In this document: piece by piece, positions 24,001 through 38,003 of the stretch
How the letters are laid out: every line of letters starts with the position of its first letter
How positions within the stretch are numbered: the stretch's first letter is position 1
Program-made: the position numbers and the translations under genes
Notes under the pieces: generated by a model
Databases searched by the model: none
The model's input: the letters and a program-made list of their open reading frames with translations, nothing else
What the model was told of the DNA's origin: nothing
Assembly (NCBI GenBank): GCA_950097015.1
Contig: CATNEN010000024.1
Location: forward strand, 1,674,001 to 1,738,000
Length of the DNA stretch: 64,000 nt
Direction of reading: 5' to 3'
Source of the DNA: Macrostomum hystrix
Lineage: Eukaryota > Animalia > Platyhelminthes

Positions 24001-27000
24001 TAGTCTAATCATTCTGGTTAATCCTAGTCTAATCATTCTGTTTAATCCTAGTCTAATCCTTCTGTTTAATCCTAGTCTAATCATTCTGTTTAATCCTAGT
24101 TTATCCTTCTGGTTAGTCCTAGTCTAATCCTTCTGTTTAATCCTAGTCTAATCCTTCTGTTTAATCCTAGTCTAATCATTCTGGTTAATCCTAGTCTAAT
24201 CCTTCTGTTTAATCCTAGTCTAATCATTCTGGTTAATCCTAGTTTATCCTTCTGGTTAGTCCTAGTCTAATCCTTATGTTTAATCCTAGTCTAATCCTTA
24301 TGGTTAATCCTAGTTTATCCTTCTGGTTAGTCCTAGTCTAATCCTTATGTTTAATCCTAGTCTAATCCTTATGGTTAATCCTAGTCTAATCCTTCTGGTT
24401 AGTCCTAGTCTAATCCTTCTGTTTAATCCTAGTCTAATCCTTATGTTTAATCCTAGTTTATCCTTCTGTTTAATCCTAGTCTAATCATTCTGTTTAGTCC
24501 TAGTCTAATCCTTATGGTTAATCCTAGTCTAATCCTTCTGGTTAGTCCTAGTTTATCCTTCTGTTTAATCCTAGTCTAATCATTCTGGTTAGTCCTAGTT
24601 TATCCTTCTGGTTAGTCCTAGTCTAATCCTTATGGTTAATCCTAGTCTAATCCTTCTGGTTAGTCCTAGTCTAATCCTTATGGTTAATCCTAGTTTATCC
24701 TTCTGGTTAGTCCTAGTCTAATCCTTATGGTTAATCCTAGTTTATCCTTCTGGTTAGTCCTAGTCTAATCCTTATGGTTAATCCTAGTTTATCCTTCTGG
24801 TTAGTCCTAGTCTAATCCTTATGGTTAATCCTAGTTTATCCTTCTGGTTAGTCCTAGTCTAATCCTTATGGTTAATCCTAGTTTATCCTTCTGGTTAGTC
24901 CTAGTCTAATCCTTATGGTTAATCCTAGTTTATCCTTCTGGTTAGTCCTAGTCTAATCCTTATGGTTAATCCTAGTTTATCCTTCTGGTTAGTCCTAGTC
25001 TAATCCTTATGGTTAATCCTAGTCTAATCCTTCTGGTTAGTCCTAGTCTAATCCTTATGGTTAATCCTAGTTTATCCTTCTGGTTAGTCCTAGTCTAATC
25101 CTTATGGTTAATCCTAGTCTAATCCTTCTGGTTAGTCCTAGTCTAATCCTTCTGTTTAATCCTAGTCTAATCATTCTGTTTAATCCTAGTCTAATCATTC
25201 TGGTTAATCCTAGTTTATCCTTCTGGTTAGTCCTAGTCTAATCCTTATGGTTAATCCTAGTCTAATCCTTCTGTTTAATCCTAGTCTAATCCTTATGGTT
25301 AATCCTAGTTTATCCTTCTGGTTAGTCCTAGTCTAATCCTTATGTTTAATCCTAGTCTAATCCTTATGGTTAATCCTAGTCTAATCCTTCTGTTTAATCC
25401 TAGTCTAATCATTCTGGTTAATCCTAGTTTATCCTTCTGGTTAGTCCTAGTCTAATCCTTATGGTTAATCCTAGTCTAATCCTTCTGTTTAATCCTAGTC
25501 TAATCATTCGGTTTAATCCTAGTCTAATCCTTCTGTTTAATCCTAGTCTAATCATTCTGGTTAATCCTAGTCTAATCATTCTGTTTAATCCTAGTTTATC
25601 CTTCTGGTTAGTCCTAGTCTAATCCTTATGTTTAATCCTAGTCTAATCCTTATGGTTAATCCTAGTCTAATCCTTCTGTTTAATCCTAGTCTAATCATTC
25701 TGGTTAATCCTAGTCTAATCATTCTGTTTAATCCTAGTCTAATCATTCTGGTTAATCCTAGTCTAATCATTCTGTTTAATCCTAGTTTGTCCTTCTGGTT
25801 AGTCCTAGTCTAATCCTTATGTTTAATCCTAGTCTAATCCTTATGGTTAATCCTAGTCTAATCCTTCTGTTTAATCCTAGTCTAATCATTCTGGTTAATC
25901 CTAGTCTAATCCTTCTCTTTAATCCTAGTCTAATCATTCTGGTTAATCCTATTCGAGTCCTTCAGGTTAATTCCGGCTTAGCGACGTAGCTTGCCGCGCC
26001 CCTTGAAAAAATATTTTTGTCGAATATTCTATTGTTGTTGCTTTTCCTGTCTTTAGTCGTAGAATGAACACAATTAAACATTACCAGGTGGCTTAAACAC
26101 AGCACTAAAAACGAAAGTAGTTTTTATTTAGTTAGTTTGTAAGAATAAAAGAATATATTTTCTGAACAGGTTTTGAGTTTTATTATTGACAAAATCTATA
26201 GCATTTTTTAAACTTCGAAGCCTGTTCCAACGTTGGGGTCATTGTATTCTAATCCATAGACTTTTGTTGTCTTTCGTTTTAAAATGACTCGTATTCTATC
26301 CTAGTCTCATTTCAAATTGCCCTTATTTCTGCTTTGAACTAATTCAGCTCTGTCGGTGCTTTCGGAATCATCTGCTGGTAAATCTGTTCTCAAGATAAAA
26401 CTTGCGTAGATTCTAGAATATGCATTTCTAGGAAAGTGTAGATTCTAGAATATGCATTTCTAAGAAAGTGTAGATTCTTGAATATGCATTTCTAGGAAAG
26501 TGTAGATTCTAGAATATGCATTTCTAGGAAAGTGTAGATTCTTGAATATGCATTTCTAGGAAAGTGTAGATTCTAGAATATGCATTTCTAAGAAAGTGTA
26601 GATTCTAGAATATCCATTTCTAGGAAAGTGTAGATTCTTGAATATGCATTTCTAGGAAAGTGTAGATTCTAGAATATGCATTTCTAAGAAAGTGTAGATT
26701 CTAGAATATGCATTTCTAGGAAAGTGTAGATTCTAGAATATGTATTTCTAGGAAAGTGTAGATTCTAGAATATGTATTTCTAGGAAAGTGTAGATTCTAG
26801 AATATGCATTTCTAGGAAAGTGTAGATTCTAGAATATGCATTTCTAAGAAAGTGTAGATTCTAGAATATGTATTTCTAGGAAAGTGTAGATTCTAGAATA
26901 TGCATTTCTAGGAAAGTGTAGATTCTAGAATATGCATTTCTAAGAAAGTGTAGATTCTAGAATATGCATTTCTAGGAAAGTGTAGATTATAGAATATGCA

Positions 27001-30000
27001 TTTCTAGGAAAGTGTAGATTCTAGAATATGCATTTCTAGGAAAGTGTAGATTCTAGAATATGCATTTCTAAGAAAGTCTAGATTCTAGAATATGCATTTC
27101 TAGGAAAGTCTAGATTCTAGAATATGCATTTCTAAGAAAGTGTAGATTCTAGAATATGCATTTCTAGGAAAGTGTAGATTCTAGAATATGCATTTCTAGG
27201 AAAGTGTAGATTCTAGTATATGCATTTCTAGGAAAGTGTAGATTCTAGAATATGCATTTCTAAGAAAGTGTAGATTCTTAAAAATGTATTTCTAAGAAAG
27301 TGTAGATTCTAGAATATGTTTTTCTAGGAAAATAGAGATTCTGCGAGTAGAAAAAAAGATTAGACTATTTTGATATATGTCCTTGTTCGACTGCACAGAT
27401 GGTAACAGTTAATACTCTTAAATTTTTTTTCGTTTCCTCTAAGTCGCTGAGTTTTTCCGTCACGAGCATCGGCTTCTTAATTAAATTGAATTTTTTGTAA
27501 TCAGATAAAAGTAAACTTTTATAATTTGGTGCATTGGCGAATTCGGTAAACCTTCGGTAAATTCTTTACTCTAACAAGATTGTTAGGAACCGCATTTTTT
27601 TATATTCCTCAATTTTTATCCATTTATAGCGTTCGATTCGACAGCTTACTAGGTTTGTATTCGAGAAAAAATAAATGCATTTCGACAGTTTCTTGTTTTG
27701 ATTTTTATGTGTTCAGGGCTGAGTTAGAAAGCTCTGGTTTGTTATGTGGGTTTCTGGTTGTTGTGGGGAGTTTCTGGTTGTTGTGGGGAGTTTCTGGTTG
27801 ATGTGGGAAGTTTCTGGTTGTTGTGGAAAGTTTCTGGTTGTTGTGGGGAGTTTCTGGTTGTTGTGGAAAGTTTCTGGTTGTTGTGGGGAGTTTCTGGTTG
27901 TTGTGGAAAGTTTCTGGTTGTTTGTGGGGAGTTTCTGGTTGTTGTGGGGAGTTTCTGGTTGTTGTGGGGAGTTTCTGGTTGTTGTGGAAAGTTTCTGGTT
28001 GTTGTGGGAAGTTTCTGGTTGTTATGGAAAGTTTCTGGTTGTTGTGGTGAGTTTCTGGTTATTTGTGGGGAGTTACTGGTTGTTGGAGTTGATATAAATT
28101 TCAGAAATTTTTGTTCTCATTGCTTTTCAGAGTTCTGCTGTTTCGCAGAGCTCCGAACAGTTTCTGATTGTCCCTTCTTTCCCTGTTCAATAAAGACCAG
28201 GCAGACTCGGCCGGTGGCGCGGGCGCGCTGAATGCGGACGCTGTCTACTTCGCCTCGCTGTGGAGCCTCCGTCTGGCTGCCGTCACCCAGGGCCTGGTCA
28301 GAGCTCCCCGCATCACAGAGGCAGCCTTCCTATCCGGCGTGCTGGACTCCGGCCTCCTGCTCTGCACCTCGCGAGCCTGGCTTCGAGAAATCTACCGCCT
28401 GGTAGCCGATCAGCGCATTCTAGCCTATCCGGACAGTGTTGCTAAGGACTCTGTGTTGCTAAGCAACCTGGCCCAGCTTGGCGCGGAGACGCCCAGTTCA
28501 ACAAGCGGCGAATGGCACCGGACACGAGAGCCGCAGGAGCTGTGGGCGCACTGGCTGCTGCTGTCCAGCTGGGAGGCGGTTGTCGCCGTCCTCGGCGGGA
28601 CAGTTGAACGAGGCGAACGCGGCGCCCCGTTGGCCGTCCTGTTCGGCACAGACGCCCAGCTGGAGGACGCCAGGCAGGCCGTTGTCCGCTCCGTTACTGG
28701 CCTGCAGATTGCCGCCCTGCTAGCCGGCCGTCTGGGCCTCGAATCTCGCTGCGGCGCCGTGTTCAGCAGACTGGCTGCCGCCTCCTGTCACTGCCCGGCT
28801 GGCACACCGCTCAGGCTGCACGCCTGCGCTGCGCTGTCGCTGGACCTGCTCACTGGCAGGGCTGTGCGGGTGGGCCAACTGGCACCCGACTGTTGGCCGC
28901 ATGTGCTGCGAGGTGAGGACTGCGGCAGGGCGTGAGAATGTGGCAGGAGAATGTGGCAGGAGAATGCCGCAGGAGAATCTCCTGCGGCAGGAGAATGGGG
29001 AAGCGACAGGGTGAGAATGGGGAAGCGACAGGGTGAGAATGGGTAAACGACAGGGTGAGAATGGGGAAGCGACAGGGTGAGAATGGGTAAGCGACAGGGT
29101 AAGAATGGGGAAGCGACGGGGTGAGAATGGGTAAGCGACAGGGTAAGAATGGGGAAGCGACGGGGTGAGAATGGGGAAGCGACAGGGTGAGAATTGGGAA
29201 GCGACAGGGTGAGAATGGGTAAACGACAGGGTGAGAATGGGTAAGCGACAGGGTGAGAATGGGGAAGCGACAGGGTAAGAATGGGGAAGCGACAGAGTGA
29301 GAATGGGGAAGCGACAGGGTGAGAATGGGTAAGCGACAGGGTGAGAATGGGGAAGCGACAGGGTAAGAATGGGGAAGCGACAGGGTGAGAATGGGGAAGC
29401 GACAGGGTGAGATTGGGGAACGGTGAACTGGGAAATGTATGTGATTCGGGATTTCATTGATTTTATTTCACTGATAAATTTGGAACAGAAATATTTCAAC
29501 GGTTACTTGGCGAATGTGAACGCATGTTAATTTACCTAATGACATCAGCGTACCGAATGGCACTGCCTAATTATCAGTCAAAATGCTACACGTGCTATAC
29601 ACCGTTGTGCTCAGTTAATGCTTTCTATTCATCTAGAAACTTTCATCCCCGTAGCGATTCGTTATGAACCTATTTTTCAGTTTATACCTTATATTAAGAC
29701 TATAAAGTACTACTTCACCTCTTCACTGGCTGATAAGGATGTGTTCCTACTTCACTGGCTGATAAGGATGTGTTCCTACTTCACTGGCTGATAAGGATGT
29801 GTTCCTACTGCACTGGCTGATAAGGATGTGTTCCTACTTCACTGGCTGATAAGGATGTGTTCCTACTGCACTGGCTGATAAGGATGTGTTCCTACTTCAC
29901 TGGCTGATAAGAATGTGTTCCTACCTCACTAGCTGATAAGGATGTGTTCCTACTTCACTGGCTGATAAGAATGTGTTCCTACCTCACTGGCTGATAAGAA

Positions 30001-33000
30001 TGTGTTCCTACTTCACTGGCTGATAAGGATGTGTTCCTACTTCACTGGCTGATAAGAATGTGTTCCTACCTCACTGGCTGATAAGAATGTGTTCCTACTT
30101 CACTGGCTGATAAGGATGTGTTCCTACTTCACTGGCTGATAAGGATGTGTTCCTACTGCACTGGCTGATAAGGATGTGTTCCTACTTCACTGGCTGATAA
30201 GGATGTGTTCCTACTGCACTGGCTGATAAGGATGTGTTCCTACTTCACTGGCTGATAAGAATGTGTTCCTACCTCACTAGCTGATAAGGATGTGTTCCTA
30301 CTTCACTGGCTGATAAGAATGTGTTCCTACCTCACTGGCTGATAAGGATGTGTTCCTAATTCACTGTCTGATAAGGATGTGTTCCTACTTCACTGGCTGA
30401 TAAGGATGTGTTCCTACTTCACTGGCTGATAAGGATGTGTTCCTACTTCACTGGCTGATAAGGATGTGTTCCTACCTCACTGGCTGATAAGGATGTGTTC
30501 CTACTTCACTGGCTGATAAGGATGTGTTCCTACTTCACTGGCTGATAAGAATGTGTTCCTACCTCACTGGCTGATAAGGATGTGTTCCTAATTCACTGTC
30601 TGATAAGGATGTGTTCCTACTTCACTGGCTGATAAGGATGTGTTCCTACTTCACTGGCTGATAAGGATGTGTTCCTACTTCACTGGCTGATAAGGATGTG
30701 TTCCTACCTCACTAGCTGATAAGGATGTGTTCCTACCTCACTAGCTGATAAGGATGTGTTCCTACCTCACTAGCTGATAAGTGTGATCCGGACTTCACTG
30801 GCTAATAAGGATGTGGTCCTACTTCACTGGCTGATAAGAATGTGTTCCTACCTCACTAGCTGATAAGGATGTGTTCCTACCTCACTAGCTGATAAGGATG
30901 TGTTCCTAATTCACTGGCTGATAAGGATGTGTTTCTACCTCACTAGCTGATAAGGATGTGATCCGGACTTCACTGGCTGATAAGGATGGGGTCCTACTTC
31001 ACTGGCTGATAAGGATGTGTTCCTACTTCACTGGCTGATAAGGATGTGTTTCTACTTCACTGGCTGATAAGGATGTGTTCCTACTTCACTGGCTGATAAG
31101 GATGTGTTTCACTTCCACCCCATTAGCTTGAGCAGCTGATGAGAATGCAAGCAATGCACCGAATGCACCATTTCAGGCGTGACCCACATCGCCACCCTGG
31201 AGCGAATGTTGGTCAGCAGCGGTCAGTTCCAGTCCATGGGCGGCCTTTCCAGTTCGGTGGCTGAGGCGGCTGCCGACAGTCGGCTGGGCTCGGACATACC
31301 CGGCCTGGTGGCGCGCTGGCAGGTCGGCGGTCACAGCCTGCTGACGCCGGCTCAAACAACAAAAGTTGTTGCCGCCCTGGTCTCAGCTGCTGATCGTCTG
31401 TTTGATGACGCGGCCCAGCTGCCGCTAGTCTCACTGTTGGCATTTGTTCGCGCATTGTGCGACGTATCTGCTGAACTAGTTCGCCAAGGTGACAGCGGCC
31501 TTGTTAGCCGTCTGTGCCAGCTGGTTCTCAGTGTCACACAGTCTGAGCGGCTGCTGGCTCACGTCCTCTGCGTCTGGTCCATCGCTGGCGGCCACTTCAC
31601 CAAGGCCTGCTCGGAGCAGCGCACAGCCAAAGCTGCTGTCAGCGGCCTGCACGAGTGCGCGGTTGCACTGCTGCGCTGGCGGCCTGAGAGACCGCATTTC
31701 AACATGCACGAAGCCGCGCTGAAACCCGTGGAATGGCTGCTGGGCCTTGAACTGTGCGACGCCGACACGCAGGACCAGCTGATCTGCTGCGTCTGCGAAC
31801 TGGTCGAAGCCTTCAGCCACGAGCTCGGCAGCGGCTGGCGGCCTGTCTTTGCCGCGCTGCGTCACGTTCGGGTGGACTTTGCCGGATCCGCCGCCGGCGA
31901 AAGGCACGCGGCCGCTGTTAGCGACGTCTTCCAGGCCTTCCTGGGCACAGACTCAACCCAGGTAGGACTGGATCTCACCCACCAGCTCACCCACTCTACC
32001 AGCTACTGCTCAACCACTTTGGCAGGTAGTGCTCACTCACCATACCACAACTGCTCACTCACCATACCAGCAACTGCTCACTCACCATACCAGCAACTAC
32101 TCACTCACCATACCACAACTGCTCACTCACCATACCAGCAACTGCTCACTCACCATACCAGCAACTGCTCACTCACCATACCAGCAACTGCTCACTCACC
32201 ATGCCAGCAACTGCTCACTCACCATGCCAGCAACTGCTCACTCACCATGCCAGCAACTGCTCACTCACCATACCAGCAACTGCTCACTCACCATACCAGC
32301 AACTGCTCACTCACCATACCAGCAACTGCTCACTCACCATACCAGCAACTGCTCACTCACCATACCAGCAACTGCTCACTCACCATACCAGCTACTGCTC
32401 ACTCACCATACCAGCAACTGCTCACTCACCATACCAGCAACTGCTCACTCACCATACCAGCAACTGCTCACTCACCATACCAGCAACTGCTCACTCACCA
32501 TACCAGCTACAGCTCACTCACCATACCAGCAACTGCTCACTCACCATACCAGCAACTGCTCACTCACCATACCAGCAACTACTCACTCACCATACCAGCA
32601 ACTGCTCACTCACCATACCAGCAACTGCTCACTCACCATAATATAATAGGCAGTTGGGTATTTCAAATACCCAACCGCCTACTTCACGATAGCTCCCATG
32701 GTTACATGGTTACTCTCATGGTTACATGGTTACTCTCATGGTTACATGGTTACTCTCATGGTTACATGGTTACTCCCATGGTTACATGGTTACTCTCATG
32801 GTTACATGGTTACTCTCATGGTTACATGGTTACTCTCATGGTTACATGGTTACTCTCATGGTTACATGGTTACTCTCATGGTTACATGGTTATTCCCATG
32901 GTTACATGGTTACTCTCATGGTTACATGGTTACTCTCATGGTTACATGGTTACTCTCATGGTTACATGGTTACTCCCATGGTTACATGGTTACTCTCATG

Positions 33001-36000
33001 GTTACATGGTTACTCCCATGGTTACATGGTTACTCTCATGGTTACATGGTTACTCTCATGGTTACATGGTTACTCTCATGGTTACATGGTTACTCTCATG
33101 GTTACATGGTTACTCTCATGGTTACATGGTTACTCCCATGGTTACATGGTTACTCTCATGGTTACATGGTTACTCTCATGGTTACATGGTTACTCTCATG
33201 GTTACATGGTTACTCCCATGGTTACATGGTTACTCTCATGGTTACATGGTTACTCCCATGGTTACATGGTTACTCCCATGGTTACATGGTGAAATTTTGT
33301 GAGCAGAATTTTGTTTCGAGAATCGTTGAATATCTCGACGGTGCCGATTTTTTGCAATGCTGAAAGTTGTTTCATCGGATAGAGCGGAAAATGTTAACCC
33401 GTGCTCTGTTGGTTGAATGTTTTGGGAGATATTCAACTTTTTCATTTGTCGACGATATAGACTAGCAATCCATTCTGAATCTCACAAAATATTCTCCCAG
33501 GTGCTAGCCAGCGCTTTAGTTGACTGCGTGCTGTGCCTGCTGCGCTACGTCCGCGGTCCAGTCTCTGGCGACGCGGCCGACGACGATAGCGACACCGACT
33601 CGGAGTCGGAGGAGGCCGAGCAGTTCGACGGTACCGGCTCAACCAATTTGGATGCCGCCACCTCGGCGCCGCTCTGCCTCCCGGCCCTTCGACACTTGGC
33701 CGCCGCTGCCGCCCTCCTTGGCGACATGGCCCGCATGCCCGCCCCGCCGGCTTTCAAAGGAGCCGACAGATTCGCCGCCCCGGCGGTGGCGGCCGCACTG
33801 ACTAAGACTGACGCAGCCTCTACAACCGTCTGCCTGGCTCAGCTGCTGCGCCGGTTTCCCGACTGCGACTGGACTTTGCCGGCGCCCGTCAGCTGTCCGG
33901 CGCCGCCCCCGGCTGGGCACGAAGCTTCCGAGACGTCCGCTGCGCCATCGGCTTCGGCCAGCCGTCCGAGCTCCGACCTTCTGGCCGTCTGGTGGCTGCT
34001 TATCGACGGCCTTCTGTCTGCAGCCTGGGAGTCGCCGGCCGCGGCGCAGGCCTTCACAATGGCCTTCGACCTGATGCGAGCCGGCGTGGCCAGTCCCGGC
34101 TGCGACGCCGTCCTGTTCGCTTTCCAGCGGCTCCTGCTGCCGCAGCTGCTGCGACGCCTGCGCTGCTGTGGCGGCGGCGGCCAGGAGAGGACCGCACAGG
34201 TCACTGCACTGCGCCAGGCTTGCGGCCTCACAACCGACCTGGCTGTGCACCTGCTGCGCGAGGCCGGGCCGCAGTTCTCAGCCGGTGCCGTACAGAGCCT
34301 GCTGTACACCCTCACCGACTGCGTGTCTAGCAGCTCTGAGCAGGTGGGACTTCTCAGGGGCATGGATTAGCAATCCATTCTATTCCCTCACCCATGGGAT
34401 AGATTATCAATCCACTCTGTTCCTTCACCCATGGGATAGATTAGCAATCCATTCTATTCCTTCACCCATGGGATAGATTAGCAATCCATTCTATTCCCTC
34501 ATCCATGGGATAGATTAGCAATCCATTCTATTCCTTCACCCATGGGATAGATTAGCAATCCATTCTATTCCTGCACCCATGGGATAGATTAGCAATCCAT
34601 TCTATTCCTGTCCCTTCATTCACTAGATAGACTAGCAATCCATTCTGTCCCTTTATTCCTTAGATAGACTAGCAATCCATTCTGTCCCTTAATTCCCTAG
34701 ATAGACTAGCAATCCACTGCCCTCCATTATCCCTGGGACAGATTGGCATAGGCTGATCGAACCCCATCACTCCAGTATGCCGCTCTGAACTCATTATTCC
34801 CTTTGCCAGCTAATTCCCTGTCTGGCAGTTTCTAGTCCTGTGCACTTCCACCTTAGTGCTTCCGTCCTGAGCAGTCGGCTCCAGGATGTGAAATCCTCAG
34901 TCTTGTTTTATGCAGTTGTGAGCATTCTCGCACTGTTATCTGGCCCTGCCATCTCTAAACACGCGTGTCCGCTGATTTCTAAAGTCATTATGGGGCCATT
35001 CTCTGCTGCCCCGGAGGAATTCCCCCTTCTGTCCTGTTATCGGTTCTCTGCTTTCAGCTAAAGACAGGGTTCATTTGCTTCTCAGCTTTCGCCAATGCCA
35101 GCCTTCGCTTTCTTTCATTTATCATTTTCATCTCCTAATTGGCGCGACAGCTGTGAATGGCCGGGTGTTGCCGAGTGGACCCGTGTCCCATATTGAAGAC
35201 AGCCTTTCATGCTTCTGATGGATAATTAGGGATACAAATAATATAATGATAATAATTGCAGGAGGGCTGCGGGCAATGGCACATTATTTGGTGACACTAG
35301 ACCCGCAGCCAGCGAGGAGGCAATTCTGCCCATTTCGCTGACTCCTGAGCACACACTCACACAGGTGTGTACATCTGCCCTGACTTTCTCATCGTCAGGC
35401 AGTGTACACTCTCACTGTGCCTTGGAGGTTGGCCCTCAAGGGCGTAAATTGCACGACAAGCCTCCAACCCAAGCCTTCTCTCCCCGGCTGCGCCCCAAAT
35501 GAATAAGGAATTTCCTGTCCTAATTTAGTTCCCATTTGAGGCTGTAGGCACGCATTATACCCCAGGGCTGGTTGCCAATGACTCATTGTGACGCCGAATC
35601 GCAGGTGTGCCGCCTTGGCTGCTCCTGCCTCCGTCACTTCCTCATATCGTCCACGCCCTACCTGTCCGCCGAGCTGTGGACCGCCTGCTGCCACGCCCTG
35701 CGTGCCGGCCTCCAGCTGTCCTGGGAGCCGCTGCTCAGCCTAGGCCTGCTGTTCTCGCGGCATTCGGATCGATTCTACGGCGATCTGGGCCACATCCGGG
35801 TGGCTGCCAGGCGCGACAAGGCCAGGGGCCAGTCTAGGCGGATGTACCAGCTGGCCAGGCAGCTGTTCCTGCTGGAGGGCCAACACGACTTCTCCGGTCA
35901 GTGCTCTGGGGAGATGGCGGTGGGGATCAATTTATATCAGAATTGTTGGGAATCCGAGGTGGGATAAAGAGTGTTGTGAATCCCAGATGGGATAAAGAGT

Positions 36001-37949
36001 GTTGTGAATCCCAGATGGGATAAAGACTGGGATAAAGACTGTTGGGAATCCGATATAGGATAAAGACTGTTGGGAATCCGATATAGGATAAAGACTGTTG
36101 GGAATCCGATATAGGATAAAGACTGTTGGGAATCCGATATAGGATAAAGACTGTTGGGAATCCGATATAGGATAAAGACTGTTGGGAATCCGATATAGGA
36201 TAAAGACTGTTGGGAATCCGATATAGGATAAAGACTGTTGGGAATCCGATATAGGATAAAGACTGTTGGGAATCCGAGATAGGATAAAGACTGTTGGGAA
36301 TCCGATATGAAATCAAGACTGTTAGGAATCCGATATGGAATCAAGACTGGGATAAAGACTGTTGTGAATCCCAGATGGGATAAAGACTGGGATAAAGATT
36401 TTTGGGTATACCAGCTTAGATAAAGACTGTTGAAATGTTCTCGCCAAAATATTCCGAGAAAGTGGCCGCCACCCACCCACAGACACTGTACTGCAAGCCA
36501 AAGAGGACGAGCGTCCCCTGGTGTTCCTGCTGTACCGCACCGAGAAGGACACAGAGCCGATTGCCCGCATCGAACTCGGAGCCATTGTTCGCGGCCTCCT
36601 AGCCCAGCAGCTGCTGTTGCAGACAGTGGGCGAACTGTCCGGCCCCTCTAAGCCAGTCTCCGCTGCCGACTATGTTCAGGGCTCGCACGTGCTGCAGCTG
36701 GCCGGCGCACTGCTGGAGTGCTACAACCTCAGCAGCCAGTTCGACCAGCGGCCCGGCCTGAAATTCCTGCTGCAGAAGGCCTGCCGCGTCCGAGTGGCTG
36801 CCAACATGTACAAACAGGCCGGACTGGCTGTGGGCTACCTGGCTGGCCTGCTACTGCCGCTGGCTGTGCGACACTCACTCGGTGCTGCTACACTGTCATT
36901 GCCTTGTTTAACTGCTCATGTATTAGTAAACACAACAGCAAACACAACAGCAAACACAACAGCAAACACAACAGCAAACACAACAGCAAACACAACAGTA
37001 AATACAACAGTAAATACAACAGCAAACACAACAGCAAACACAACAGCAAACACAACAGCAAACACAACAGTAAATACAACAGTAAATACAACAGCAAACA
37101 CAACAGCAAACACAACAGCAAACACAACAGCAAACACAACAGCAAACACAACAGCAAACACAACAGCAAACACAACAGTAAATACAACAGTAAATACAAC
37201 AGCAAACACAACAGCAAACACAACAGTAAATACAACAGCAAACACAACAGCAAACACAACAGCAAACACAACAGCAAACACAACAGCAAACACAACAGCA
37301 AACACAACAGCAAACACAACAGTAAATACAACAGTAAATACAACAGCAAACACAACAGCAAACACAACAGTAAATACAACAGTAAATACAACAGCAAACA
37401 CAACAGCAAACACAACAGCAAACACAACAGCAAACACAACAGCAAGCACAACAGCAAACACAACAGCAAACACAACAGCAAACACAACAGCAAACACAAC
37501 AGCAAACACAACAGCAAACACAACAGCAAACACAACAGCAAACACAACAGAACTCCTTGAATCCTCAACGCAGGCCGAGCTGATTTCGCCGCGGTGCCTC
37601 GCTCCGCCCTGGAGGCCAGTCCGCTGATGCGCCTCCCACCCGGCTCTGATTGGCTGGGCAGGCCGGAGATCTCTTATCTGATTGGTCACGTGATGTCGGT
37701 GCTAGTTCACACCTACCTGGACCTGCTGGCTAGCCGGGACTGCCTGCAGGCGGCTGACCGGCTGTCCGAGCGGCCTCTGCTGTTCCTCCTCGTCGCTCAG
37801 CCAGACGATGTCGCCACAGCCATCGGCGGGCCCGGCTCCGGCAAGCTGAAGCCATCGTCGACTGAGTCGCAGCAGGACTTTGCCGACACTGCCGAATCGT
37901 CACCTGGCGGTGCTTCAACAGCAGCCGATAGCCAACAGACCCACAGTCA

Positions 37950-38003
<54 letters not shown>

